A stretch of 64,000 nt of DNA from an uncultured Chloroflexia bacterium (GCA_963760875.1 CAVXEH010000002.1:263358-327357); one strand, 5' to 3'; positions 1-10,174 are shown, numbered from the stretch's first letter. Notes: generated from the letters alone by a model not told the origin. Translations and numbers: made by a program.

Positions 1-1730
1 ACCGAGGTGCTGAGCGTGGCGCTGAAGGCGTGGCCCGCGGCCAGGGCGGCGCTGGGGGTCAGGATGGCGGTCTGGCTGGGGCCGTCGTAGCCGACCGAGG
101 CGGCCACCGCGCTGTTGGCGGTGGTATCGGTCAGCCGGAAGCTGGAGTTGGTCAGCGAGGCGGAGGCCATCGGCTCACTGAAGGTGGCGGTCACCGTGGT
201 CGAGGTGGCCACGTTGCTGGCGCCGTTGGCCGGGGTGGTGCCGGTCACGGTGGGCGGCGTGGTGTCGACGGTCCAGCCGGCGGTGGCCGGCGTGGGATCG
301 GTCACGCCGTTGGCGGTGGCGGCGACCGCAAAGGTGTGCGCCCCGTCGGTGAGCCCGGAATAGGTGGCGGGCGAGGTGCAGGGGGCAAACGCCGCACCGT
401 CGAGGCTGCAGGCGAAGGTCGAGCCGCCGATGGTGGAGCTGAAGGTGAAGGTCGCGCTCGCGCTGGCCACCGTCCCGCTGGGGCCGGAGGTGATGGTGGT
501 GTCAGGAGCGGCGGGCGCACCGCCGGGACCGCTGACCGCGATGTTGTCCGCGTACAGGTCCATGGGCTGATTCTTGGTCTCATTCCCCAGCTGCAGCGTG
601 CGAATCGCCGGCAGCGTCGTGCCGGTCGACTGGTAGATGAGCGTCCCGTTCAGGCGGAACTCAACCGTAGCCGCGCCGCTGGTCGAGCTGGCAATCACGT
701 GAAGCTCGAGATTGCCCCAGGTGTTGAGCGCCAGGCTCTTGGTGGTGGCGTGGTAGCCGGAGCCGTCCCAGACCTGCAGGCGGCCCGACCCGTCCTGGCG
801 GTACAGGCTCAGCCGTCGCGCGCCTCCGGCATCGAAGAGTCGGAAGAGCGGGATGTTCTGGCTGCTGGATCCCTCGCCCGCGATAAGGAAGTCGCCGGTC
901 ATGGTTAGCTCCGTTTGGTCAGCCGAGAATGTCTCGCGCACATCCGCGAAGGATGCGCCCGAGCTCGACTCCGTCAACCGTGCGGCGTAGCTGCCGGACT
1001 TCACGATGCCGCCCTGGACACTCGCCGTCCCGCCGCCCCCGGTGTTCACGCTGCTCCACGCGGAGAGCCCACCGGACTCGAAGGTATCGCTGAACAGGGT
1101 GCCGTCGGGCGGCGGGGAATTGGACACCGCCACCGCATGCGTGTCGGTTGCGTTGTTCCCCGATGGATCATACGCACGGGCGGTGACCGCATGCGCTCCG
1201 TCAGGCACCGAGGTCGAATCCCAGGTCATGACATAGGGCGCGGTCGTGACGGTACCGACAACGGTCGAGTCCACGAGGAAGTCGACGTGGTCGACCGTCA
1301 CATTGTCGAATGCATCGGCGGACAGTGTCACCGAGGCACCGCTCAAGGTCGCACCGTCCGATGGCGCGGTCAGGGTCACGCTGGGCGGCGTGGTATCGCC
1401 TCCGGCTGCCGTGCTGAAGGTCCAGGTCATGGCGGAGGCCAGGTGGTTGCCGGCCAGGTCGGTGACCGAGGTGCTGAGCGTGGCGCTGAAGGCGTGGCCC
1501 GCGGCCAGGGCGGCGCTGGGGGTCAGGATGGCGGTCTGGCTGGGGCCGTCGTAGCCGACCGAGGCGGCCACCGCGCTGTTGGCGGTGGTATCGGTCAGCC
1601 GGAAGCTGGAGTTGGTCAGCGAGGCGGAGGCCATCGGCTCACTGAAGGTGGCGGTCACCGTGGTCGAGGTGGCCACGTTGCTGGCGCCGTTGGCCGGGGT
1701 GGTGCCGGTCACGGTGGGCGGCGTGGTGTC
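1..1730. repeat. Exact direct repeat: 1..266 equals 1465..1730, encoding a duplicated Ig-like domain (offset 1464 nt = 488 codons)
   Basis: Base-by-base comparison shows identity from accgaggtgctgagc through ggcgtggtgtc. The left copy is cut by the window edge. Confidence 0.93.
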
Positions 1731-3059
1731 AGCGCCAAGCGAGATGGCGTTGTGCACGTATGCATGCGCGTGATCGTCGCCGGCAAGGACGACCAGCCCA
1801 CTCTGCGCGGTCAGTGGCTGCTTGGTGCCCGTCGCGTTGTTGATGCTCCCGGCGGCCGCAAGCTGGATGAACGGCGTGCCTGGGTTGCTCGTGTCGAAGC
1901 TGGGGTCGTCGAGGTTCGCGGTCTTGTAGTAGATCGAGCCACCGCTGCCGTAGGAGGCGCCCGGGGCCGGATACGTCCCGAAGACGAAGACCTCCCGCTG
2001 GTCCGGAGCCACCAAGACCATGGGACGCGTCCAGCAGTCCGCCGCCGTTGTGACGGTACGTCGCTGCCATCCTCCGTGCGTGTCCATGACGAGCAGGAGG
2101 ATCAGCGGCTTCCCGGAATTCCCCGATGACGGCGGGCACTTGTCGCCGTTGAGAGATGTCTTGGTGGAGGCGAAGACCTGACCGGCAGAGTCGGCCTGCA
2201 GGGACTTGATGGCTATGTGATTGTCGGCCCAACCCGGTCCCGACAACGGGGTGTTCAACGTCCATGCGGTGTCCGCCGCGCCGTCCACGTGGTACCCGAA
2301 GTACATGGCCGCGTCGTTTTGGTTGCTCCACATAACCCCGATCTTGCCGCTGTACGCGATGATGGCGGAGTAGTCGGAGTTATCGAGATTCGTGGTCCCG
2401 GTCAAAGGGATGACGTACGGGGCCCGGTAGGTGGCCGTGTTCACGGTCGAATGGGTCACGTACACGCTTCGCGTGCCGGTCCCGTTGGCATATGTCCAGG
2501 TCACCCAGATGGTCCCCATGCTGTCCTTGTCGAGCGAGACCGACTCGACGGCCGCGTTCACGACGGTCACGGGGAAGCCCGTGTCGAGGCTGTAGGACTT
2601 GGATCCCGAGCTATAGCTGTAGCGCATGACACGGATGCTCGTGTCGCCACTGGTCGGCGGGCGGCGGCTGCTCGACTGGTCGGATATTCCGGACACCACG
2701 TAGAGCTTTGTGCCGTCCCACAGGACGTCGGCCGAGGACTTCGACCGCTCGTCGATGAGTGTCCCGGTATCGCTCCAGACCTGGCTGCCCCAGTTGAGGC
2801 GGAAGATGTCGAAATGCTTCGAGCTGTTGAAGAGGCTCGCCCACCAGATCCCGTCGTTGTACCAGAGCTTGCTCTGGGACTCCCGCCCCGTGGGCGCGCT
2901 GGCACCCGAGTACGAGCCGTCCAGATAGCCGACGTCGCTGGCGGCGCTGGCCCGGGGGCTGGTACCAAAGGGCGCAATGGCGAACGCAATGAGCGCGATC
3001 GCCATGAACAATGCGGCGACGGGATGGCGCTCCCGGCGATGTGGTCCCCTGCTGATCAC
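1..3059 (-). CDS. Large secreted surface protein, 3' end outside the window (>1019 aa): signal peptide, uncharacterised Trp/Tyr-rich N-terminal domain, then Ig-like (DTTPPTV) repeats and a beta-sandwich domain
   Basis: Hand translation from GTG at 3059 gives MISRGPHRRERHPVAALFMAIALIAFAIAPFGTSPRASAASDVGY...SKLWYNDGIWWASLFNS..., and later DTTPPTVTGTTPANGASNVATSTTVTATFSEPM and DTTPPSVTLTAPSDGA. It is missing from the ORF track because it has no stop in the window. The V/G-rich + strand ORFs at 115, 364, 1006, 1246, 1579 and 2710 are all its antisense shadow in one register. Confidence 0.88.
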   Translation of the reverse strand, partial: MISRGPHRRERHPVAALFMAIALIAFAIAPFGTSPRASAASDVGYLDGSYSGASAPTGRESQSKLWYNDGIWWASLFNSSKHFDIFRLNWGSQVWSDTGTLIDERSKSSADVLWDGTKLYVVSGISDQSSSRRPPTSGDTSIRVMRYSYSSGSKSYSLDTGFPVTVVNAAVESVSLDKDSMGTIWVTWTYANGTGTRSVYVTHSTVNTATYRAPYVIPLTGTTNLDNSDYSAIIAYSGKIGVMWSNQNDAAMYFGYHVDGAADTAWTLNTPLSGPGWADNHIAIKSLQADSAGQVFASTKTSLNGDKCPPSSGNSGKPLILLLVMDTHGGWQRRTVTTAADCWTRPMVLVAPDQREVFVFGTYPAPGASYGSGGSIYYKTANLDDPSFDTSNPGTPFIQLAAAGSINNATGTKQPLTAQSGLVVLAGDDHAHAYVHNAISLGADTTPPTVTGTTPANGASNVATSTTVTATFSEPMASASLTNSSFRLTDTTANSAVAASVGYDGPSQTAILTPSAALAAGHAFSATLSTSVTDLAGNHLASAMTWTFSTAAGGDTTPPSVTLTAPSDGATLSGASVTLSADAFDNVTVDHVDFLVDSTVVGTVTTAPYVMTWDSTSVPDGAHAVTARAYDPSGNNATDTHAVAVSNSPPPDGTLFSDTFESGGLSAWSSVNTGGGGTASVQGGIVKSGSYAARLTESSSGASFADVRETFSADQTELTMTGDFLIAGEGSSSQNIPLFRLFDAGGARRLSLYRQDGSGRLQVWDGSGYHATTKSLALNTWGNLELHVIASSTSGAATVEFRLNGTLIYQSTGTTLPAIRTLQLGNETKNQPMDLYADNIAVSGPGGAPAAPDTTITSGPSGTVASASATFTFSSTIGGSTFACSLDGAAFAPCTSPATYSGLTDGAHTFAVAATANGVTDPTPATAGWTVDTTPPTVTGTTPANGASNVATSTTVTATFSEPMASASLTNSSFRLTDTTANSAVAASVGYDGPSQTAILTPSAALAAGHAFSATLSTS

Positions 3060-3231
3060 GTAAGAACGCCTCCCCGCAGATGCGCGATGAACGCCCAGCG
3101 GCCATGGCCAGCGCACACGGCAGCAGGAACGCCCGAGTCGCGGTGAAATTAGTACGAATGAATACGGACGACCATACCAGCGTACTGCTCGACGCGCGAT
3201 TGCACGAGGGCAGACTTGGCGCAAGGATGCA

Positions 3232-3246
3232 CTAGGTGTTGCCTAG
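3232..3246. promoter_or_regulatory. Palindrome CTAGG-N5-CCTAG, a candidate transcription-factor site upstream of the Ig-repeat gene
   Basis: ctaggtgttgcctag lies in a lower-GC intergenic region. Confidence 0.25.
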
Positions 3247-3532
3247 GGGCACCGTTCGCGCCTAACGTGGACATAACAGTCGGTAAATCGGCCGGTAATG
3301 GAGCAGCGGCAGAATGCCAGGCATGGATCACGTTCCCACTCACGATCCCCTGCGCGTTTCGGGCTCGCCCGGGTCGCGGGCCCTGCGCTGGTTCCGTCTC
3401 CCGACTGTCACCCTTCCACTGCTGGCCGGGTGGTTCCTCGTGGCAGCAGTTCATGACGCGGCATCGAGCGTTGTTCGCGCGGGGAGGTGGATCCGGCGAC
3501 ACGCCGACAAGCTCAGCCGCGAAACACGGGGC

Positions 3533-5137
3533 TCAGTGGAACTCGTATCGACCCATGTCAGGCTTGTTCCCCGCATATCCGTCGCTGAGGACCACCAGAC
3601 CCCTGTCGATCGCGGGTGAGCCCGCCTGCAGGTGGTAGTCGCGACCGGCTCGGTTCACAAAGCGCGGGTCGCCGAAGACGCCGTGCGTCTCGTAGCCCGT
3701 TGCTGACGCGAAGGCCTCAAGGGTGTCGAACTGGCCGACGCCCTTGACGTAGGCGATGTGGTTGCCGTAGGTCGCCGTCGAGCCGACGTTGTACACGAGG
3801 GTGTAGTCGATGCGGACCGAGGTCGGCAGCGCGCTGTCGATGCTGAAGGCGCGGCCGCCCACCACGATGTTGTTGAGGATCTGAAGTCCCGCAATCGACC
3901 CGCCGTAGCTCACGCCCTTCGTCCCGTCGACGATGTCGAAGGCGAACAGGTCGAAGCCGTCCAGCGTGTTCTGGGCGATGAGGTTGTGTGACGCACAGCG
4001 CAGAATCATCCCGCTGGTGGACCCGCCCTTATACCCGCTGCCCTTGTAGCCGATGTTTCGCACGAACGTGTTGTGGTCGCAAGCAGGGCCGTCGGTTCCG
4101 GTCTCCATGATCTGGCCGTTCCAGCTGACGTTGCCGCTGAGGACGAGATTGCTGGCGCCGTAGACTTCGAAATGGGTGCCGTTGTCCCAGAGGCGATTCC
4201 CGCTCACCGTGACCGATCCGGTCGACTTGTAGAAGTTGATGCCCTCCATCCCCCGCCCGGAGTCGACCATCTTCGTGTTGCCATAGATCTGGTTGTTCGT
4301 GATCGCCAGCCCGTTCCCGGTGTAGCGCTCCTCGATCCCGTCCGCGTTGCCGGTGATCTTGTTCCCGTCGATCCGCACCTTCGAGGAGCTGACGACCACG
4401 ATCCCGAACGTGCGGTTGTTGCGGATCGTGCTCGCCGTGATCGTCACCCCTGACGAGTCCTTGATCGTCACGCCGGATCCATATTGGGCCGTGCTGCCCT
4501 GGACCACGAGGCGCTGCAGGGCGCCCGAGGTGACACCGTTGAACTCGATGACGTCCTCCCTGCTCGAATCACTGATCACCGCTGTCTCGCCCGTGTACGA
4601 CGCGAAGGTGATCCCCGACCGGGTGACGTCGAAGCCCCGATAGGTGCCGCCACGGATCCAGACCGTTGATCCCGGGCGGGCAATGGCGGCCGCGCGGCCC
4701 ACGGTACGGAGCGGCGCCCCGATCGTCCCTGGATTCGCATCGGAGCCGGTCGTGGCGACGTAGAGCGTCCCCGGGACGACCAGCGGCGCGGGCGTTGCCT
4801 TGGGGCGGGGACTTGCCGTCGCGGCGGTCGAGGTGGCGGGGTGGGACGACGCCGGCGTTCCCACCGGGCTGGGTGATGCGGACGGCGATGTCATCGAAGG
4901 GCTCGGACCATCGGTCATCGGGGCGGCTGGCTGGCTGGCGGCCGCGGACGACGGAGTCACGATGGCGGCGCCATCGGCCGGGGAGGGCGCACGCGGTGGA
5001 GTGCTCGCGAGCCAGATCGGCAGGACGACGGCCAGGGTCACGGTGGAGGCGACGATCCCGAAACGTACCATCGTGGCCCGCTGCAGCCGGCGCGCGAACC
5101 ATCTGGTTGCGGCCCTGGTCACCCGCGGTCCTTGCAT
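3533..5137 (-). CDS. Membrane-anchored right-handed parallel beta-helix protein (pectate-lyase-like fold, DUF1565-like N-terminus)
   Basis: N-terminal TM segment, Pro/Ser/Thr linker, LYVATTGSDANPGTIGAPLRTV motif, repeated IxxNxIxxN strands, and C-terminal DYHLQAGSPAIDRG...PDMGRYE. TAGGAT lies 6 nt before the ATG. Confidence 0.85.
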   Translation of the reverse strand: MQGPRVTRAATRWFARRLQRATMVRFGIVASTVTLAVVLPIWLASTPPRAPSPADGAAIVTPSSAAASQPAAPMTDGPSPSMTSPSASPSPVGTPASSHPATSTAATASPRPKATPAPLVVPGTLYVATTGSDANPGTIGAPLRTVGRAAAIARPGSTVWIRGGTYRGFDVTRSGITFASYTGETAVISDSSREDVIEFNGVTSGALQRLVVQGSTAQYGSGVTIKDSSGVTITASTIRNNRTFGIVVVSSSKVRIDGNKITGNADGIEERYTGNGLAITNNQIYGNTKMVDSGRGMEGINFYKSTGSVTVSGNRLWDNGTHFEVYGASNLVLSGNVSWNGQIMETGTDGPACDHNTFVRNIGYKGSGYKGGSTSGMILRCASHNLIAQNTLDGFDLFAFDIVDGTKGVSYGGSIAGLQILNNIVVGGRAFSIDSALPTSVRIDYTLVYNVGSTATYGNHIAYVKGVGQFDTLEAFASATGYETHGVFGDPRFVNRAGRDYHLQAGSPAIDRGLVVLSDGYAGNKPDMGRYEFH

Positions 5138-5336
5138 TCACAGATCCTACTGCAGAGTCCGGGTCGGCTCTCCGAGGAGACCAAACCGCCACGAACCACC
5201 CCCAAGGTCCCACATCCGAGCAGCCCGCGACACCCATACGAAGGTACCGCCGGGGTCCCCCGCGAGGCCGGCCGGGGTGCGAGCGCTCCACCGGCCGGAG
5301 CGTGGGTGACCGATGGAAGGGCTCGCCGCCTGGCGA

Positions 5337-6671
5337 TCAGCCGCGGATCCGAGCCCGATGCGATCTGGCAAGCACGCCCAGGCGCACGGCTGCCCATCCG
5401 CCGGCCAGAACCTGCACCGTGAGCCAGCCCGCGGCCATGGCGGCCAAGCCACCCCCGATTCCCGCACTTAGCGCCACGGCCACCGCTGCCGCGCCGAACA
5501 CTGCGCCCGCGGCGGTCGCCTCGGCCAGGCGACCGCCCGCTCGGCACAACGCGTAGTAGGACTGGATCAGCGAGAACGGCACGACCGTGAGCACCAGGAT
5601 CCGGAGTGCCCAATCGCCCGCATCGGCATACTGGCTGCCGAGAAGTCCCAGGGCGAACCGCGCGAGGAGGGCCATGGCGGCTGCGGCGGGGATGCCGAGG
5701 CCCAGGGCGGTCCGGAGACCGTGGCGGGTCGCCGCGCCTGCATGCTCGGGCTCGCGGGCAGCCTCGGCGAACAGGGTCTGCCCCACGGAGATGGGAATGA
5801 TCATGACCACCCAGGCCATCATCCAGGCGGCGTACCAGAACGCATTCGTCGTTGGTGAGATCAGCTCCGTCACGAGCACCGGCATGAGCAGCGCGGGACC
5901 GCGCTCGGTCATCGTCAGGGCCCAGTTGGGGAGGCCCACCGCTACGAGCCTGCGGATCAGGTCCAGGCGCAGCTCGAGCCTTGGCCGGTAGTCCGGCAGA
6001 CTCCGGCGGACCTGGACCGCACCGATCGCGCAGGCGGCGAGGCCCGCGAGAGTCCAGGCCAGCAGGATCACCCCACTGCCATCGCCGACCCTCGCCAGCG
6101 CCAGCGGAACCGCGATGGTCACGAGCCCGAAGGCCACGTTCCGGCTGAGCACCTGGTCGCCGCGGCGGATCGCCACCGAAACGTTATCGAGGACCACGTT
6201 GACCGCCCCGAAGACGGTCATTGCCACGAACGCCGCGGCGAGCCCCGGCGACGCCCCCACAACATTCAGCTCACGGAAGAGACCTCGCGCGAGGGCCAGA
6301 AAGGCGACGCTCATGAACACGGCGACCAGCGTCACGGCGGCGAGCGAGCTGTTCAGAAGCACGTCGGGTTCCTGGCGATACCGCGGGAACAGGACGATCA
6401 CCGCCGACCCGATCCCGACCAGGGCAAGCTGGACGCAGAACATCATGGCAGCGACCGCCCCCGAAGCCAGGCCCACCTGGTCCGGGACGAAGAGGCGGGC
6501 CGCCACCAGCCACGCAAGAAAGCCGAGCGCCATCGAGGCCACCCGGCCGGCCATGAGCCCGATGGAGCTCGACAACGCGGAGAGGCCGCCGTTGCCGAAC
6601 GCGGCCTTCCCCGACGAACGGCCACCGAGGACAGACCGAACGGACTCCCCGAGCGGAGGCAGGGACTTCAA
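5337..6671 (-). CDS. Wzx-like oligosaccharide flippase (polysaccharide biosynthesis protein)
   Basis: About 12 hydrophobic segments, ARLFVPDQVGLAS motif, coupled to the upstream GT2 by a TTGA overlap. Confidence 0.75.
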   Translation of the reverse strand: MKSLPPLGESVRSVLGGRSSGKAAFGNGGLSALSSSIGLMAGRVASMALGFLAWLVAARLFVPDQVGLASGAVAAMMFCVQLALVGIGSAVIVLFPRYRQEPDVLLNSSLAAVTLVAVFMSVAFLALARGLFRELNVVGASPGLAAAFVAMTVFGAVNVVLDNVSVAIRRGDQVLSRNVAFGLVTIAVPLALARVGDGSGVILLAWTLAGLAACAIGAVQVRRSLPDYRPRLELRLDLIRRLVAVGLPNWALTMTERGPALLMPVLVTELISPTTNAFWYAAWMMAWVVMIIPISVGQTLFAEAAREPEHAGAATRHGLRTALGLGIPAAAAMALLARFALGLLGSQYADAGDWALRILVLTVVPFSLIQSYYALCRAGGRLAEATAAGAVFGAAAVAVALSAGIGGGLAAMAAGWLTVQVLAGGWAAVRLGVLARSHRARIRG

Positions 6672-7513
6672 CGAGCGCCGTCGCGGCGGTGCGCTTCACG
6701 GAGGAGCTGACGAGCCATCGCGTACCAGTTGAGCGCCGTGAAGGTCGTGTAGTACGGGATCCAGCGCGGTTCGCGGCGCAGCAGGCTGAGCGCGGCGCCA
6801 CGAGCGCCGGCCGCCAGCGGGAGTGCGAGGAGCGGCATTGCCCGCACACCGTGCTTGACCACCATCCGTGCCAGCCCTGCCCCGTCCGCCATGAACTGGC
6901 CGAGGGCAAACTCGAAGGAGTCCCCGAAGCGATGTTCCACGACGGTATCGCTCGAGACGCCGATGCGCAGGCCGGCACGCTCCAGACGCCAGCGAATCTC
7001 GATGTCCTCTCCCGAGATGAAGGTCGGGTCCAGGCCGAATCTCATGAAGGCTTCGCGGTCGAAGACGGTCGCCACCAGACCGAACCAGGTCTTGCTCACA
7101 CCGGACCGGTGGTGCTGCACCAGGGCCTGTCCCCAGTAACCAGGCCCGGACGTGCTCTCGAGGCCCGCCTGAAGCGCGGTGTAGTCCCCCTCGATCGCCT
7201 CGTCCAGCAGGGCACGCAGCGCTCCGGAATGGAGGAGCACGTCCACGTCGACCAGCGCGACCCAGCGAGTCGTCGCCTCTCCCGCGCCGATGAGCCGGGC
7301 CGCCGCAACCCCGCGTCCTTCGTCGCTGAGCACGGTGACGCCGCAGGACCGGGCAATGTCCACTGTGCGATCGGTCGACAACCCGTCCACCACGATGATG
7401 GCTGCGGGCCGCGACCTGATGATCGCGGCGAGGCAGTCAGCGACGAATGGCTCGGCATTCCTGACCGGCACGACCACCGTGAGATCCTCGATGGCCGCCG
7501 GAGCCATGCTCAT
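6668..7513 (-). CDS. Glycosyltransferase family 2
   Basis: VVVPVRNAE, VVDGLSTDRT, VDVD and GEDIE motifs. Confidence 0.9.
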   Translation of the reverse strand: MSMAPAAIEDLTVVVPVRNAEPFVADCLAAIIRSRPAAIIVVDGLSTDRTVDIARSCGVTVLSDEGRGVAAARLIGAGEATTRWVALVDVDVLLHSGALRALLDEAIEGDYTALQAGLESTSGPGYWGQALVQHHRSGVSKTWFGLVATVFDREAFMRFGLDPTFISGEDIEIRWRLERAGLRIGVSSDTVVEHRFGDSFEFALGQFMADGAGLARMVVKHGVRAMPLLALPLAAGARGAALSLLRREPRWIPYYTTFTALNWYAMARQLLREAHRRDGAR

Positions 7514-8589
7514 GGCAGGAGGCCCTCGTCATCGGCGGGGGCCAGAGCAGCGGGTGCTCCCGTCCGCAGTCGAGGCTTCTCGAGCAGCCCGCGGAGATAG
7601 CCGGCCCCCGTCAGCACGAGGCCCGCACCGATCGCTCCGGCGGCGCCAAGCGGCGCCACCCGCCGTTCGCGGACCGCCTGGCGCACCCGCCCGAGCATGC
7701 CCGCAGGCAGCACGCGCGCGGTGTACCGCCGTTCGGAGGCCAGGCCAGAGCGGGCTCCGGCGAGACGCGTAACCTCGGCCTTGGAGCGGCCCTCGGCGAA
7801 GCAGCGAGACCGGAAGTATCGCCAGCTGCCACGATCCGGGGGCACCGTGTGACGAACGCGGGCTGCCGGCACGTAGAGGATCCGGCTGCCGGGAAGCGCG
7901 CGCACCGCCCGAATGCAGAATTCGGTCTCCTCACAGCCGACCGGATTTGCGCCCACCCGCCCGACCCGCGGATCGAATGCTCCGACGGCGTCAAACACGT
8001 GGCCGCGGAAGCTCATGTTCGAGCCGATCATGTTGCGGACCGGCGCCGACCGTTCCGGGAGACCGCGGTAGCTGCACCCGATGACCCAGTCGAACTCTTC
8101 GGGAAACCATGCCGGGCGCTGCGCAAGCCAGCGGGGCTCACTCCTTCCGCCAACGCCGATGACGTCCGGGTCCGTGTAGGCGCCGCACAGCGCTGCTGCC
8201 CATCCCGGCTCCGCCGTGGCGTCATCGTCCAGGAATGCGATCACACGCCCGGTCGCTGCTCGCACGCCGCTGTTGCGCGCGCCGCTCAGCCCTCGCACCT
8301 CGCTGTTCTCGACCACGGCAATCCCCGCCAGCTCAGCTCGCGCACGGCGGGCGAGCTCGTCGTTGTGATCCGCGACCAGGATGACTTCGCGGACCGCGGG
8401 TACCTGGCGAAGGACCGAGGCGACCGCGTCGACGATCTGGTCCCAGCGATCGAGGGTGTAGGCGCAGATCACGACGGACAGGTCGGCTGGCGTGGGAGCG
8501 GGCTGCGGCGGAACCGACGTCGGGTCGCGCTGCGTCGGCTCTACCACGACCCCCGGCGTTCGTTCAGGCACGCCCTCAGCGACGCCCAT
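7510..8589 (-). CDS. Glycosyltransferase family 2
   Basis: VVICAYT, GLSGARNSG, AFLDDDA and GCEETEFC motifs. Start placed at ATG 8589 behind AAGGAAG, not at the ORF-track start 8796. Confidence 0.88.
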   Translation of the reverse strand: MGVAEGVPERTPGVVVEPTQRDPTSVPPQPAPTPADLSVVICAYTLDRWDQIVDAVASVLRQVPAVREVILVADHNDELARRARAELAGIAVVENSEVRGLSGARNSGVRAATGRVIAFLDDDATAEPGWAAALCGAYTDPDVIGVGGRSEPRWLAQRPAWFPEEFDWVIGCSYRGLPERSAPVRNMIGSNMSFRGHVFDAVGAFDPRVGRVGANPVGCEETEFCIRAVRALPGSRILYVPAARVRHTVPPDRGSWRYFRSRCFAEGRSKAEVTRLAGARSGLASERRYTARVLPAGMLGRVRQAVRERRVAPLGAAGAIGAGLVLTGAGYLRGLLEKPRLRTGAPAALAPADDEGLLP

Positions 8590-10024
8590 TCCGCTTCCTT
8601 GGATCCTGCGGACCTCGGGGATCGAGCTGGATCGAGCTGGCGACCCAGTCGAGGCTCGTGCGACGCGTGCCGTCGGCATGCCCATTCCCGGCGGGGTCCC
8701 CGCCCGCGGCGGTCGGTTCGGCTGTGCTGGGCGTTGCGCTGAGGGGGTCCGCTGGCACCAGCACCGGGTCCGGCAGCCGCGATCCCGGCTCGGCAACGAT
8801 GAGCCGCTCGCTGTAATGGATTCCGCCGACTGGGCCGCGGCGTGGCGCGATGCGGCGCGCGCGAAGCACGGCGATGAGCACGGCGACCGTCGTGGCCATC
8901 ACGAGCAGCACGATGAGTGGATTCGCACCCACGATGACGGCGACTCCGAGCTGCAGGACAAGAACGGCCGCGGGCGGTGTCCAATCCGCATGCGCCGGAG
9001 CCGTCAGCGGGCGCGGCTCCGCGGTCATCGCCGGATCGCCCTGGATCAGGTCGGACGCCTGGGCGCTCTGCTCCGGATCATGGGGTGATCGTCGGATGAG
9101 CCCGGTGAGGCGCGGTCGCCGCGGAGGCGCTGATGGCTCATCAGCAACCACGACCACTGGTTCGCCCGCCGCGGCTGCTTCCGCCGGTGGCGCGGACGTG
9201 GCCCGGTCCGACACGGCCCCGGGCGGCGTGCCGGCCCCATCGGTCGACGGGGCTGGGTGGCGCGCATCGGTGGACAATGGAGCCGCCGTTGCTGGACGTC
9301 CTGCGCGGGAGTCCGCGCTGGCCGCCGCTCCACGTCGGGACTCCGCCGGACGCTCCTTCGCAGCATCAGCGCCCCAACGGCCAACCGGACTGGATGGCGT
9401 CGGCGCCGGCCGGGTACGAGCTCGCGCGCGGCGAGCTCCGGCCGGCTTCGGATGAGGGGCGGATCCGGCCTCCGCAGCGGCCGTCCCATCAGGCACTCTC
9501 TTCGTCACGGCGGATGGTGCCCTCGTCGCGGTCGGCTTGCGGTCGGTCGCCTTACGCGCGGCACCCTTCATACCGGCAGCCTCGGCCGGCACCAAGGAGG
9601 GCGATGCGGAAGCTTCCACCGGAGGCGAGGTTTCCTCACCGGCCTTCGGCGCAGCACCCTCCTGTGCGTTCGCGGCACCTGGGGCCGGTCGCTTCTCGCT
9701 GGTCGCATCCGGCGCAGCGGCAATGCCCGAGTCCTCGAGAGCGCTGAATAGCTCGCGGAGCTCGGGCGAGCGGCGAAGTTCGCGCTCGAAACCCGACTCG
9801 GAGATCCCGAGCGCGCGCAGCGCGTCCTCGCGGGACGTTCCGGAGCGCAGTTGCGCCTGCAGACGACGAACGAGCCGCTTGTCCTGGAGCTTCTGACGGG
9901 TGGTGGATGATGACACGAGCCCTAAGTGTGACCAGATCGCGGCCGCCTTGTCACCAAGGGCCCGTGCCGCATGGTGCACTGGTGCAACGGTAATGCGCCC
10001 GAAGCCGCCTCCTGGTATGGACAC
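8576..10024 (-). CDS. Hypothetical protein: helical (HTH-like) N-terminus, long Ala/Pro-rich linker, two C-terminal TM segments
   Basis: GGGAGGGA RBS before a GTG; co-directional with and overlapping the GT2 operon; hydrophobic hairpin AAVLVLQLGVAVIVGANPLIVLLVMATTVAVLIAVL. Confidence 0.6.
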   Translation of the reverse strand: MSIPGGGFGRITVAPVHHAARALGDKAAAIWSHLGLVSSSTTRQKLQDKRLVRRLQAQLRSGTSREDALRALGISESGFERELRRSPELRELFSALEDSGIAAAPDATSEKRPAPGAANAQEGAAPKAGEETSPPVEASASPSLVPAEAAGMKGAARKATDRKPTATRAPSAVTKRVPDGTAAAEAGSAPHPKPAGARRARARTRPAPTPSSPVGRWGADAAKERPAESRRGAAASADSRAGRPATAAPLSTDARHPAPSTDGAGTPPGAVSDRATSAPPAEAAAAGEPVVVVADEPSAPPRRPRLTGLIRRSPHDPEQSAQASDLIQGDPAMTAEPRPLTAPAHADWTPPAAVLVLQLGVAVIVGANPLIVLLVMATTVAVLIAVLRARRIAPRRGPVGGIHYSERLIVAEPGSRLPDPVLVPADPLSATPSTAEPTAAGGDPAGNGHADGTRRTSLDWVASSIQLDPRGPQDPRKRNGRR

Positions 10025-10174
10025 TCCCTCCCTGGCCCATCAGAATCGCCGGATACGCAATCGTACTGTCTCCTCCAGACAAAAGTACCTCTGACCGGCC
10101 GAGCCGGAAACCAAGAACCGGGATAGCAGCGGAATTATCCATCCATTTGCGGTTTCTGCCGCCTGGGGGACCTG

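Noticed and set aside
30-3146. Many + strand ORFs (30..908, 915..2129, 2217..3146 and others)
   Set aside because: They are antisense or alternate-frame shadows of the minus-strand Ig-repeat gene. The same applies to most long Arg/Gly/Pro-rich ORFs across this GC-rich window.
3149-3638. ORFs in the intergenic gap (3149..3502, 3216..3638)
   Set aside because: No motifs, atypical composition and no RBS; more likely regulatory DNA. I recognised no riboswitch there.
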